A DNA stretch of 64,000 bases from a virus, in IMG/VR virus record IMGVR_UViG_3300028742_000001. One strand, 5' to 3'. Positions within the stretch are counted from its first letter, which is position 1, and every line of letters starts with the position of its first letter. The position numbers were made by a program, and so were the translations under genes. This document shows positions 1 through 7,020 of this stretch, piece after piece. Below the pieces are notes generated by a model, which did no database searches, was not told where the DNA came from, and was given only the letters and a program-made list of their open reading frames with translations.

Positions 1-48
1 GGTCTCGGTCTGGGTCTTGGTCTCGGTCTGGGTCTTGGTCTGGGTCTA
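1..48. repeat. Tandem hexamer microsatellite (GGTCTN)x8 running off the left edge
   Basis: Read directly: ggtctc ggtctg ggtctt ggtctc ggtctg ggtctt ggtctg ggtcta. Would encode (Arg-Pro)n on the minus strand, or (Gly-Leu)n or Ser/Arg/Gly/Trp repeats on the plus strand. Confidence 0.9.
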
Positions 49-63
49 CCGTATAAATACGTG

Positions 64-89
64 GGAGGGTACTGCAAAAGGTACCCTCC
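64..89. other. Perfect 9-bp hairpin GGAGGGTAC / GTACCCTCC with 8-nt loop
   Basis: Arms 64-72 and 81-89 are exact reverse complements. No T-run follows on the plus strand. The arms also provide a GGAGGG SD 6 nt upstream of a minus-strand TTG at 77-75. Confidence 0.7.
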
Positions 90-133
90 AGCATAACCTC
101 AACGTAGCTCTTACAACGCCCAAGGAGGGCATT

Positions 134-784
134 ATGATTAGTACCCGACGCATCGCATCAGGACTTTATATCCTAGTCACCGCTGCCAGCCTTATGTTTC
201 CGGCAGTCGCACACGCCGATCAGCTCTCCCTTGTGGGAGTAGGTAACGGCGCGACAACCCCCAACGGCGCGGATTATGTGGGTCCGTATAGCATCGGCGT
301 AAACGGTACTCCAGTCAGCATGTACTGTATCGACATCGACAACGAGATCACGGTCGGCGAGACCTGGAGCGCAACCCGCTCTACTCTTTCCGTCGACAGT
401 TCCGGCGATCTAAAGGCAGCGGCAGAAGTCATCGCGGCAGCTCAACTTGGCGCGATCAGTCAGGTGGATGCGCAGCTCGAAATTTGGTCTCTCCTAGACT
501 ACGACGCGACGGCGGCGGTAGGCCTGACACAGGCGGAAGTCGACCAGCTACACTACTACGAGTTGGCTGGTCTTGACGACATCGGGGGAAATGCTTTCTT
601 CAACCAGTTCACTTTGGAAACGGCGGTATCAGGCTCTCAGAGCAGCGGCGGAACAGCTCAGGACTTCCTTACCGAAGCGGCGGTTCCTATGGCTCCAACA
701 CCTGAGCCCGGCAGCATCTTACTCCTCGGCTCCGGTGCGCTGGGCGCAGCAGGCATGCTGCGGCGGAGGTTTATCACTGCCTAA
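134..784 (+). CDS. Secreted PEP-CTERM sorting-domain protein
   Basis: AAGGAGGG SD 4 nt before ATG134. Signal peptide MISTRRIASGLYILVTAASLMFPAVAHA. C-terminus PTPEPGSILLLGSGALGAAGMLRRRF is a PEP motif + hydrophobic helix + Arg cluster, the exosortase sorting signal. Confidence 0.85.
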   Translation: MISTRRIASGLYILVTAASLMFPAVAHADQLSLVGVGNGATTPNGADYVGPYSIGVNGTPVSMYCIDIDNEITVGETWSATRSTLSVDSSGDLKAAAEVIAAAQLGAISQVDAQLEIWSLLDYDATAAVGLTQAEVDQLHYYELAGLDDIGGNAFFNQFTLETAVSGSQSSGGTAQDFLTEAAVPMAPTPEPGSILLLGSGALGAAGMLRRRFITA

Positions 785-806
785 TATCTGGCGGACATCG
801 ACATGG

Positions 807-878
807 TAGGCCGTAGCTCAATGGCAGAGCACCCGACAGATAAACGGGAGGTTGTGGGTTAGAGTCCCATCGGCTTAT
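807..878 (+). tRNA. tRNA-like gene; anticodon loop CAGAUAA (GAU = Ile if read canonically); atypical, possibly a pseudo-tRNA or att-site hybrid
   Basis: Manual cloverleaf: acceptor TAGGCCG/CGGCTTA (one G-T pair), D arm GCTC-AATGGCA-GAGC, anticodon stem CCCGA/ACGGG with an A:A mismatch, variable AGGTT, T arm GTGGG-TTAGAGT-CCCAT. Deviations: A33, A31:A39, A56. No encoded CCA. Confidence 0.5.
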
Positions 879-931
879 CACAACATCAACGCATCACAAC
901 CCGCAGCGATGCCCAAAGGAGGGCAAATTCA

Positions 932-1408
932 ATGGCAACCAAGAAGACTCTCAAAGCACCGGCACGCAGGATCATAGAAGCGATGATCGAGCGAGTAACC
1001 AACGAGCCAAAACTCCTCGATCAGAACGCTTTCCCAGACAACATTAGCCCAGTATGTGAAACGCCTTACTGCGCCGCTGGTCACATCGTCTATCTCCAAA
1101 GCAAGCGAAAGTTTGCAGACCTTGTGAAACAAGGCTACGACCGTAAGCGACAAATCGACATAGTAGACATATGTGATGCGCCCAGGGTAACCTGGGCATA
1201 TGAGGCTGCTACTATACTCGGCCTTCCGAACGCAGATGACTCGACGTTTGCTAGCTACAAGCCACTGTTCGGTAGCGTCGGTATAGGATGGTTACCAAAG
1301 TATCGGAACATGTACAACAAAGCCAAGACACAGAAAGGACGCGTCAAAGTTTTCGCAAAGATGTGGACGAAGTTTCTCGAAGTGGACGGAGATGTAAACG
1401 CACTTTAA
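932..1408 (+). CDS. Hypothetical protein (158 aa)
   Basis: AGGAGGG SD upstream of the ATG. Long ORF with coding-like composition. No motif recognised. Confidence 0.7.
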   Translation: MATKKTLKAPARRIIEAMIERVTNEPKLLDQNAFPDNISPVCETPYCAAGHIVYLQSKRKFADLVKQGYDRKRQIDIVDICDAPRVTWAYEAATILGLPNADDSTFASYKPLFGSVGIGWLPKYRNMYNKAKTQKGRVKVFAKMWTKFLEVDGDVNAL

Positions 1409-1427
1409 CTCGGGAAGGAGCAAGTGT

Positions 1428-1712
1428 ATGGCTATCAAACGGATGGTCCACAACCTCGCTCCGACTCCCATCCAGCCTGCGATCTATCAGCAGTTCCGTG
1501 GATGCGAGAAGAAGAAGAGGTATGAAAAGCGATTCGGTCATGGCAGTGCTGAGGCCGCAATCGAAAGTATCAAGCGTAACGGTACGGACAAAAAGCCGCA
1601 CCGCACGCTCAATAGTTACAAGTGCAATACCTGCTTCGGCTGGCACGTAGGTCATCTACCAGATGGACGCCGCAAAACCGAAGCACAGATTATTTCAGAA
1701 AGTAGCATTTAG
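1428..1712 (+). CDS. Small protein with C-terminal zinc-ribbon-like motif
   Basis: GGAG SD. C-terminal YKCNTCFGWHVGH motif. Confidence 0.65.
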   Translation: MAIKRMVHNLAPTPIQPAIYQQFRGCEKKKRYEKRFGHGSAEAAIESIKRNGTDKKPHRTLNSYKCNTCFGWHVGHLPDGRRKTEAQIISESSI

Positions 1713-1720
1713 TAGCATTT
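1701..1720. repeat. Exact tandem 10-mer (agtagcattt)x2 just upstream of the promoter -35
   Basis: Read directly. Ends 5 nt before TTGACA at 1726. Confidence 0.85.
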
Positions 1721-1725
1721 AGTTC

Positions 1726-1754
1726 TTGACATCGTATTCACACTACGATAGTCT
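1726..1754 (+). promoter_or_regulatory. Sigma70-type promoter TTGACA-N17-TAGTCT
   Basis: Exact -35 hexamer and exact 17-nt spacer. Sits ahead of gene 1821. Member of an 11-site family. Confidence 0.6.
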
Positions 1755-1820
1755 ACAACCAGTTCGTAATCATACAACCTATTCAAGCTATTCACTACCG
1801 CCCCAGGAGGGCAAAACAAT

Positions 1821-2588
1821 ATGTCAAAGTCTACCATCATCCCACAATCCGTCATCGCTGCACTCCCTACAGGCGAACTCGCAGACGGTCTCCACCAAAT
1901 CGGCCACATCGTCCGCGACCACCTCGGCAAGCAGAACTCCGGTAACATTATCCTTGAGGCCGCATACCGTCTCGCAGAAACCCGCAAACTCTCCGAACGC
2001 GCCACGGCGGTCATCTTGCACTCGCTCGATATATTCATCGCCGATGACTGCAAGGTCGTCGACGGCTGCACTCACTTCGAGGGTCTGGAAATTCCTACGC
2101 GCGAAGAGATGGAAGAACTCATCAACGTCATCGCAGAGCGCGGTCTCGCCACCCTTCCGGTCCCTGAACCCGAGAGTCAGGAGTCGGACGCGGCTGACAT
2201 CAGCGGCGAAGGCAGAACTCCGGAAGCCCCTGCTGCACCGGCTGGCATCGCTGATCTATTGTCGAAGCTTGGAGGATCAACGGTACCTGACGCTGAGCCG
2301 GGTCAATCTGACGAGGCGGAGCTTGTCGGCTCATTGAAGCGTTCGATTATCCGCCTCCTGTTCTCAGTTCGCTCCGGCAACGAATTGACGCGGGAGTCCT
2401 TGGACGCAGAGATGGTCAGATTCCGCAATGAATTGACCCAGGTTATGACCGCTACCGCTGGTGATGGCTCTGAGGGCGGAAAGTTCCTCGAAGCTGCAAA
2501 TGCCCTTGGTGTACCGGTACCTTCCACCTTCGCAGAAATTGAAGACGTAATTGCGAAGACTCGTAAGGAGCTTGAAGAGGCTCTGTAA
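1821..2588 (+). CDS. Hypothetical acidic protein (255 aa)
   Basis: CAGGAGGG SD. Long ORF followed by a strong terminator. Confidence 0.75.
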   Translation: MSKSTIIPQSVIAALPTGELADGLHQIGHIVRDHLGKQNSGNIILEAAYRLAETRKLSERATAVILHSLDIFIADDCKVVDGCTHFEGLEIPTREEMEELINVIAERGLATLPVPEPESQESDAADISGEGRTPEAPAAPAGIADLLSKLGGSTVPDAEPGQSDEAELVGSLKRSIIRLLFSVRSGNELTRESLDAEMVRFRNELTQVMTATAGDGSEGGKFLEAANALGVPVPSTFAEIEDVIAKTRKELEEAL

Positions 2589-2605
2589 CCTCAACCAGAA
2601 GCGCA

Positions 2606-2642
2606 CCCTGCCAGGGAATGAAAAACTGGCAGGGTTTTTTTT
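2606..2642 (+). terminator. Rho-independent terminator
   Basis: Stem ccctgccag / ctggcaggg (9 bp) followed by an 8-nt T-run. Confidence 0.85.
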
Positions 2643-2680
2643 ATCGTCTCTACCTGTGGAAAAATGGCAACACAAAGCCC

Positions 2681-2709
2681 TTGACATAAAGCTGGTCTTT
2701 CGATATTGT
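2681..2709 (+). promoter_or_regulatory. Sigma70-type promoter TTGACA-N17-TATTGT
   Basis: Exact -35 and 17-nt spacer, immediately upstream of the integrase SD and ATG. Confidence 0.7.
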
Positions 2710-2726
2710 TGTTTCACGGAGGATTT

Positions 2727-3245
2727 ATGAAGCATCTCAGTAAAACACAGCTCAAGGCTCTGATCCAAGCTACTGCCGATGTACAGGCGAAGCTGATGGT
2801 GAAAGTTGCGTATAATCACGGTTTGAGATGTTCAGAAGTCGTCAACCTGACAGGAGCAAACATCCGCGATGGGTTCCTGTCCATTCAGCGTCTCAAAGGC
2901 TCCAACAAGACCGTCCAGCGTTTCAAGTCATCCTCGGACCCAGACTTCGATGAGTTCACCGATCTCGTGGCATTGTCCAAGACGCTCAAAGCAAAGGACC
3001 GGCTCTTCCCAGGCTGGACGCGGTTTGACCTCGGCTATCAGATACGGAAGGCTTGCGCCAAGGCCGGTATCCCTCAGCATCTCGCCCACCCTCACGCACT
3101 TAAGCACTCTACCGGCATGGCCATGATCCAGGGCGGCATCGAGTTCACGCGTACGTACCTCGGTCACAAGAACATCGCCTCGACCGGCTACTACGTCAAT
3201 GTTGACGACACAAAGGCAACGGAGAAAGCGTTCGAGTACCTATGA
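2727..3245 (+). CDS. Minimal tyrosine recombinase / integrase (catalytic domain only, 172 aa)
   Basis: GGAGG SD before ATG2727. GLRCSEV (Arg I), RLKGSNKT (Lys), HPHALKHSTG (HxxK where HxxR is usual), LGH, TGYYVNV (Tyr nucleophile). Confidence 0.8.
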   Translation: MKHLSKTQLKALIQATADVQAKLMVKVAYNHGLRCSEVVNLTGANIRDGFLSIQRLKGSNKTVQRFKSSSDPDFDEFTDLVALSKTLKAKDRLFPGWTRFDLGYQIRKACAKAGIPQHLAHPHALKHSTGMAMIQGGIEFTRTYLGHKNIASTGYYVNVDDTKATEKAFEYL

Positions 3246-3694
3246 TCTTCTCGATATACGCAGTGGTCGGCACGGTACTGATGTATCTCATAGTTGTAAG
3301 CTGGAAGTACCACAAACGGAATCAGGCTGATACGCAGGCTGAGCTAAATACGAGATACCAAGAGTTCAAGGAATCGCTATATGAAGAACCCGAAGGGCAA
3401 GAAGGCACGCAAAGCGAAGCTGAAGGAGCCAGAGCTTCCGACGATATGGGTGGATCAAAACAAGAAGCCTGTGCGCCTCATACAGATGTCAGTGCCTCAT
3501 CTGAGCAACGCTCTGATCTACATCGACAAGCGTATCCGTACGCTGGAACGTTACAAAGAAGCTATGAACAAGGAGCTAGAGACGCGGCAGCTCTCAGCGG
3601 AGACGAGGGCCATAATTGCAGAGAAAGTATTAGCCTCACGTCCTCCCTCCCCTCCGCGCGGCACAGTGCGCCACTTTCGTCAGGAGGATTCTGA
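3242..3694 (+). CDS. Possible small membrane protein ORF; its 3' two-thirds overlap 3381..3704 out of frame
   Basis: ATGA start/stop overlap with the integrase. N-terminal TM helix MIFSIYAVVGTVLMYLIVVSW. The distal part is Ser/Ala/Arg-rich and not protein-like. Confidence 0.3.
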   Translation: MIFSIYAVVGTVLMYLIVVSWKYHKRNQADTQAELNTRYQEFKESLYEEPEGQEGTQSEAEGARASDDMGGSKQEACAPHTDVSASSEQRSDLHRQAYPYAGTLQRSYEQGARDAAALSGDEGHNCRESISLTSSLPSARHSAPLSSGGF

Positions 3695-3704
3695 TGAGAT
3701 TTGA
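3381..3704 (+). CDS. Hypothetical basic protein (107 aa)
   Basis: AAGGAA SD 7 nt before the ATG. G/C-rich third codon positions, like neighbouring genes. Confidence 0.6.
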   Translation: MKNPKGKKARKAKLKEPELPTIWVDQNKKPVRLIQMSVPHLSNALIYIDKRIRTLERYKEAMNKELETRQLSAETRAIIAEKVLASRPPSPPRGTVRHFRQEDSDEI

Positions 3705-3975
3705 TGCAGACGGGAAACAGGTTATGCTGACTAGTAAGCGCATTGTATTCTACAAAAAGAGATGCGAGGATTGCCAGAAGCTTCTTGATGCCGCATCCGA
3801 AAAGGTAAAAGTATCGCATGGCAGCGAGGATCGTGCTCATTGGTTAGGTCTCTTGCAACTACGTGAGACAATCGGAACTAACTTGCTTTTATCAAGGATT
3901 CTTGCTAAGGTGGACCCAGACGGACCAGATGTCGAAGCTACAGCTGGGAGGCTATTTCGTGATGACGAAGCGTAA
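3694..3975 (+). CDS. Hypothetical protein (93 aa)
   Basis: AGGAGG SD 7 nt upstream. 11-nt overlap with the previous gene. Confidence 0.6.
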   Translation: MRFDADGKQVMLTSKRIVFYKKRCEDCQKLLDAASEKVKVSHGSEDRAHWLGLLQLRETIGTNLLLSRILAKVDPDGPDVEATAGRLFRDDEA

Positions 3976-4378
3976 AGTACCAACCCACAGTCCGGCCTTG
4001 ATGATCGTGATGACAGCAATCATCGTCCTAGCTCTTCTCTTCCTAGCCTCTCAGTGCTCGGCGCAGACTACCTTCCATGCCGCCCGGCCTACCGAGTACG
4101 TCGAATCTTGTCCGGTCTTCATGGGTCGCATCAAAGGTCAGATGCTCGACGTCACGCGTAAAGAACTGGACCTGAACCAAGGCAATAAGCGTGCGATCCG
4201 GTTTTATCAGCATCGACTGACAGATGTACTAACCACACATGATATGGTGGTGTCGGATATGACATGCACAACTGATAGTAGGCGTGACCTACGGATGATC
4301 CTCCAGAAGTGGGAACTCGACTACGTGCAGGAGAAGTACGGACCCCAGATCGAACACTCCACGGTGAAGGGATGGTAA
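3962..4378 (+). CDS. Secreted or membrane-anchored small protein
   Basis: Internal ATG3962 gives MTKRKVPTHSPALMIVMTAIIVLALLFLASQCSAQ (signal or anchor sequence). Confidence 0.6.
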   Translation: MTKRKVPTHSPALMIVMTAIIVLALLFLASQCSAQTTFHAARPTEYVESCPVFMGRIKGQMLDVTRKELDLNQGNKRAIRFYQHRLTDVLTTHDMVVSDMTCTTDSRRDLRMILQKWELDYVQEKYGPQIEHSTVKGW

Positions 4379-4388
4379 AGAAAAAGAC

Positions 4389-4417
4389 TTGACAGCCTGG
4401 GGTATACGTGTTATTGT
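4389..4417 (+). promoter_or_regulatory. Sigma70-type promoter TTGACA-N17-TATTGT (TGt extended -10)
   Basis: Exact -35 and 17-nt spacer, in the intergenic gap after 4378. Confidence 0.7.
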
Positions 4418-4614
4418 AAAGAAGTAAACACAGCAGTATCTTGTGGCAAGGCGTAGGATGTCTAGACCGTACTACGCCGCACCGAAAAGTCGAGGGGCGC
4501 GCCCGGTAGACCTAGTAGCTGTTCACGACTCGAACTCGTGCATCTCTAAGGGGATGGCCAGTGGCAGTCACAATAATTTAGTTTCAAAGCCCAGACTGAT
4601 CGTTGACTCGACAG

Positions 4615-4926
4615 ATGGAGCAGCAACAGACAACACAAGGAACTACCCGTTTGACACAGTTTGAACTGAAGCACCCTCGCCTCCGCTACAACGCCGGAGC
4701 AGCATCATTCCAAGCAGGTTTCCTACAGAGTGCCAACCCGTACAAGACCAAGAACGAACGAGAGAACTGGGAGAAAGGTTACAGAAGTGCCAAAAAGTTC
4801 TTTGAAACCGGTAGACCAGTGCAATCCGACAAACCCCGTCATTTCAAGCGACCGGGTGCTCAGAGTTCTGGCTTCACCCCTCGTAGAATCGAAAACTTCA
4901 ACAACAGGTATCGGACAGTCGCGTAA
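4615..4926 (+). CDS. Rmf/CrpP-like domain protein with basic tail
   Basis: SFQAGFLQSANPYKTKNERENWEKGYRSA resembles the ribosome modulation factor core (GYQAG..G....CPY....R..W..GW..A). Start uncertain (TTG4603 or ATG4615). Confidence 0.5.
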   Translation: MEQQQTTQGTTRLTQFELKHPRLRYNAGAASFQAGFLQSANPYKTKNERENWEKGYRSAKKFFETGRPVQSDKPRHFKRPGAQSSGFTPRRIENFNNRYRTVA

Positions 4927-4939
4927 GCGGACACAGAAG

Positions 4940-5137
4940 GTGCGAGGACCAGCGACTCCAAAGTATGAGGCTACTTATCCTTTAGAGTCGCTGGTCCGGT
5001 TCTATGATGATGGCTGGAGGGTAGGCTATTTAGAGTCATACGAGAGTAGAAACAAGTTCGTGCGGGTGCGACAGATCGGAGGCAACCCCGCCGCCCGGCG
5101 CGCCAAGGTGCTGACATCGGAGATAGAACTGGCATGA
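4940..5137 (+). CDS. Small hypothetical protein; start uncertain
   Basis: The distal part of ORF 4730..5137 is protein-like (DGWRVGYLESYESRNKFVRVRQIG). GTG4940 is the first start after the upstream stop. Confidence 0.4.
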   Translation: MRGPATPKYEATYPLESLVRFYDDGWRVGYLESYESRNKFVRVRQIGGNPAARRAKVLTSEIELA

Positions 5138-5340
5138 TGACAAACAAAGAAGAGGCTCAAGTAGATATTGCTTTGGCTGATACCCATGACGACGTCGTAG
5201 AGATCATCGCCAGATACATTGAAACCGACAGCCAGTGCCTTATGCCTATGAGAGCGGAGTACATCGGTGAGACCAAATATGCGTACGGATTACGTATGCT
5301 GAAAGTACTGGCCGAAGAGATCAGAGAGCTAAAGAGCTAA
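5134..5340 (+). CDS. Hypothetical protein (68 aa)
   Basis: ATGA overlap with the upstream ORF and TAATG junction with the downstream gene. Confidence 0.6.
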   Translation: MMTNKEEAQVDIALADTHDDVVEIIARYIETDSQCLMPMRAEYIGETKYAYGLRMLKVLAEEIRELKS

Positions 5341-6809
5341 TGCCAATTTCAGAAAAGTTTATCCAGCGATGGGGCCAAGTAACGGAAGAGTATAGTTTTT
5401 ATCAAGGCGAGGTCGTGCTCCGTTACGACGTCAAAAAGCACAAATATTTCCTACTCAAGGATGGTGTAGAAGAGCTTCAGGATGGTGTTACCCAGTGCGT
5501 TCACATCATCGACAAGTCCGAAGTTCTGATGAATTGGGCTGTGAAGGTCATGGCTCAGAAGGTGCTAGACACTACCCCATCATTCGAGCTACCTACCGGG
5601 GAGAAGTTTGTCCCTCAGATGGAGTGGTCGAAGTACGAGAGGATCGTCCTCGAAGGAAAGAAGGCCAAAGATGAGCACCTTGAAACTGCCGGAGGGATTG
5701 GGCACGAGGCCCATGACTGGATTGAGAGGTTCGTTAGAGCAACCCTCGCCGGAAACGAGAACCGGCGTCTTGAACTACTTGCAAAGTTTCCAGAAGATGA
5801 AAGAGCCAGGAATGCTTGTCTCGCAGCTTTGGAGTGGATGTCCAAACACAACGTCCGATGGCGAGCCACTGAACAGAAGATTTATAGCCGTACCTACAAG
5901 TACGCCGGGACGATGGACGGCCTCGCTGTCGTCGATTCCTGTGACGACACAGCATGCTGCCCTAAAGAGTTCAAAGACCGACTGACCATCGTCGACTGGA
6001 AGACGTCGAATTACCTATATCTCGAATACCTCCTCCAGACCGCCGCGTACCAGCACGCGTTCAACGAGATGGAGATGTGCCGGTTAGGGATGAACGAGCT
6101 GAAGTACTGGCTTTCAGAGCACGGTGTTACCGACCGCTGGGTAATCAGGCTAGGCAAAGACAGCGCTGAGTTCGATCCGTGGCATCTGACCTTGGAGGAC
6201 TACGAGCAGGATTTCGAGTGCTTCAAGGACGCACTCACCCTCGGACGCCACGTCGACGCCATCAAAGCCAGGATCAAAGCCGTAGAAGACCGCGCGCGGG
6301 ACGCTCGTAAAGCCGTCAGGGACGCCGCCAGAGCCGCCAAGGAGGCAGCGGAGGCCCAAGAACGCGCGGATGCCAAGGAAAAGAAGCAGGAAGCCCGTAC
6401 GGAGGCGCTGAAGAAGGCCTGTCCTAAGAGTAAAACCTATAAGGGAATGAAAGCTCCTACGTGCGGACCTTGCGAGGCCTGTAAAGCGATCTATGAGGCA
6501 AGGTGTTCTCAAAAAGAGATCAAGAGTTCTCAGATTGAGAACAAGACTGCGCCTGTAAAGCCCTTAAAGAAAGACACCCTGAAAAGTCTGTTGGAACTTA
6601 TAAAGCCTCAGATGCATGAACTGGTTCCGGTCATCACTGCTCCTAATGGTTTTCAAATGTACCCATCCACAGGTCCAGTACACACGCATCGAGTACGCGC
6701 AGTTCAAAGGCTCTTGACAGCCGGACACGATGAGGTATATTGTCCAGAACACGGAACAATGTATGGGTATTGTTCAGAATGTGTACGTTTAGGCTTGACA
6801 AGGTTCTAA
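5340..6809 (+). CDS. PD-(D/E)XK (RecB/Cas4-like) nuclease with coiled-coil and Cys-rich C-terminal extension
   Basis: GTMDGL ... IVDWKTS ... QTAAYQ match the D / (D/E)xK / QxxxY nuclease motifs. Lys/Ala/Glu-rich coiled coil, then CGPCEAC and CPEH..CSEC clusters. Confidence 0.75.
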   Translation: MPISEKFIQRWGQVTEEYSFYQGEVVLRYDVKKHKYFLLKDGVEELQDGVTQCVHIIDKSEVLMNWAVKVMAQKVLDTTPSFELPTGEKFVPQMEWSKYERIVLEGKKAKDEHLETAGGIGHEAHDWIERFVRATLAGNENRRLELLAKFPEDERARNACLAALEWMSKHNVRWRATEQKIYSRTYKYAGTMDGLAVVDSCDDTACCPKEFKDRLTIVDWKTSNYLYLEYLLQTAAYQHAFNEMEMCRLGMNELKYWLSEHGVTDRWVIRLGKDSAEFDPWHLTLEDYEQDFECFKDALTLGRHVDAIKARIKAVEDRARDARKAVRDAARAAKEAAEAQERADAKEKKQEARTEALKKACPKSKTYKGMKAPTCGPCEACKAIYEARCSQKEIKSSQIENKTAPVKPLKKDTLKSLLELIKPQMHELVPVITAPNGFQMYPSTGPVHTHRVRAVQRLLTAGHDEVYCPEHGTMYGYCSECVRLGLTRF

Positions 6810-6834
6810 AGATGTCAAAAAAGAAAGGTCCTCA

Positions 6835-7020
6835 ATGAATAAACCAGTTCCAGCCTCCCCAGCACAGAAACTAACCCTGAGAGAAATCGTGGGTGAAGTC
6901 AAGAAGATGATGCAATGCTGCTGCGATCTCGATAACTGGCAACCGGAGCCTTCGACGGGCCACAGTTGTGTATGCAGAATCCACAAGACGGCAATGGAGA
7001 GATTGAGGAACCAACGATGA
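6835..7020 (+). CDS. Small Cys-rich hypothetical protein
   Basis: ATG with an upstream purine-rich stretch. N-terminus NKPVPASPAQ is shared with the next gene. Confidence 0.5.
   Translation: MNKPVPASPAQKLTLREIVGEVKKMMQCCCDLDNWQPEPSTGHSCVCRIHKTAMERLRNQR

Noticed and set aside
1288-2337. Alternative-frame track ORFs (1288..1650, 1344..1655, 1726..2337, 1709..2071) overlapping 932..1408, 1428..1712 and 1821..2588.
   Set aside because: Ser/Arg/Thr-rich products without start signals. The chosen frames have AGGAGG-type SDs and normal composition.
4520-4545. T-arm-like hairpin CACGA-CTCGAAC-TCGTG, suggesting a tRNA or tmRNA.
   Set aside because: No matching acceptor stem, D arm or anticodon arm can be built from the flanking sequence.
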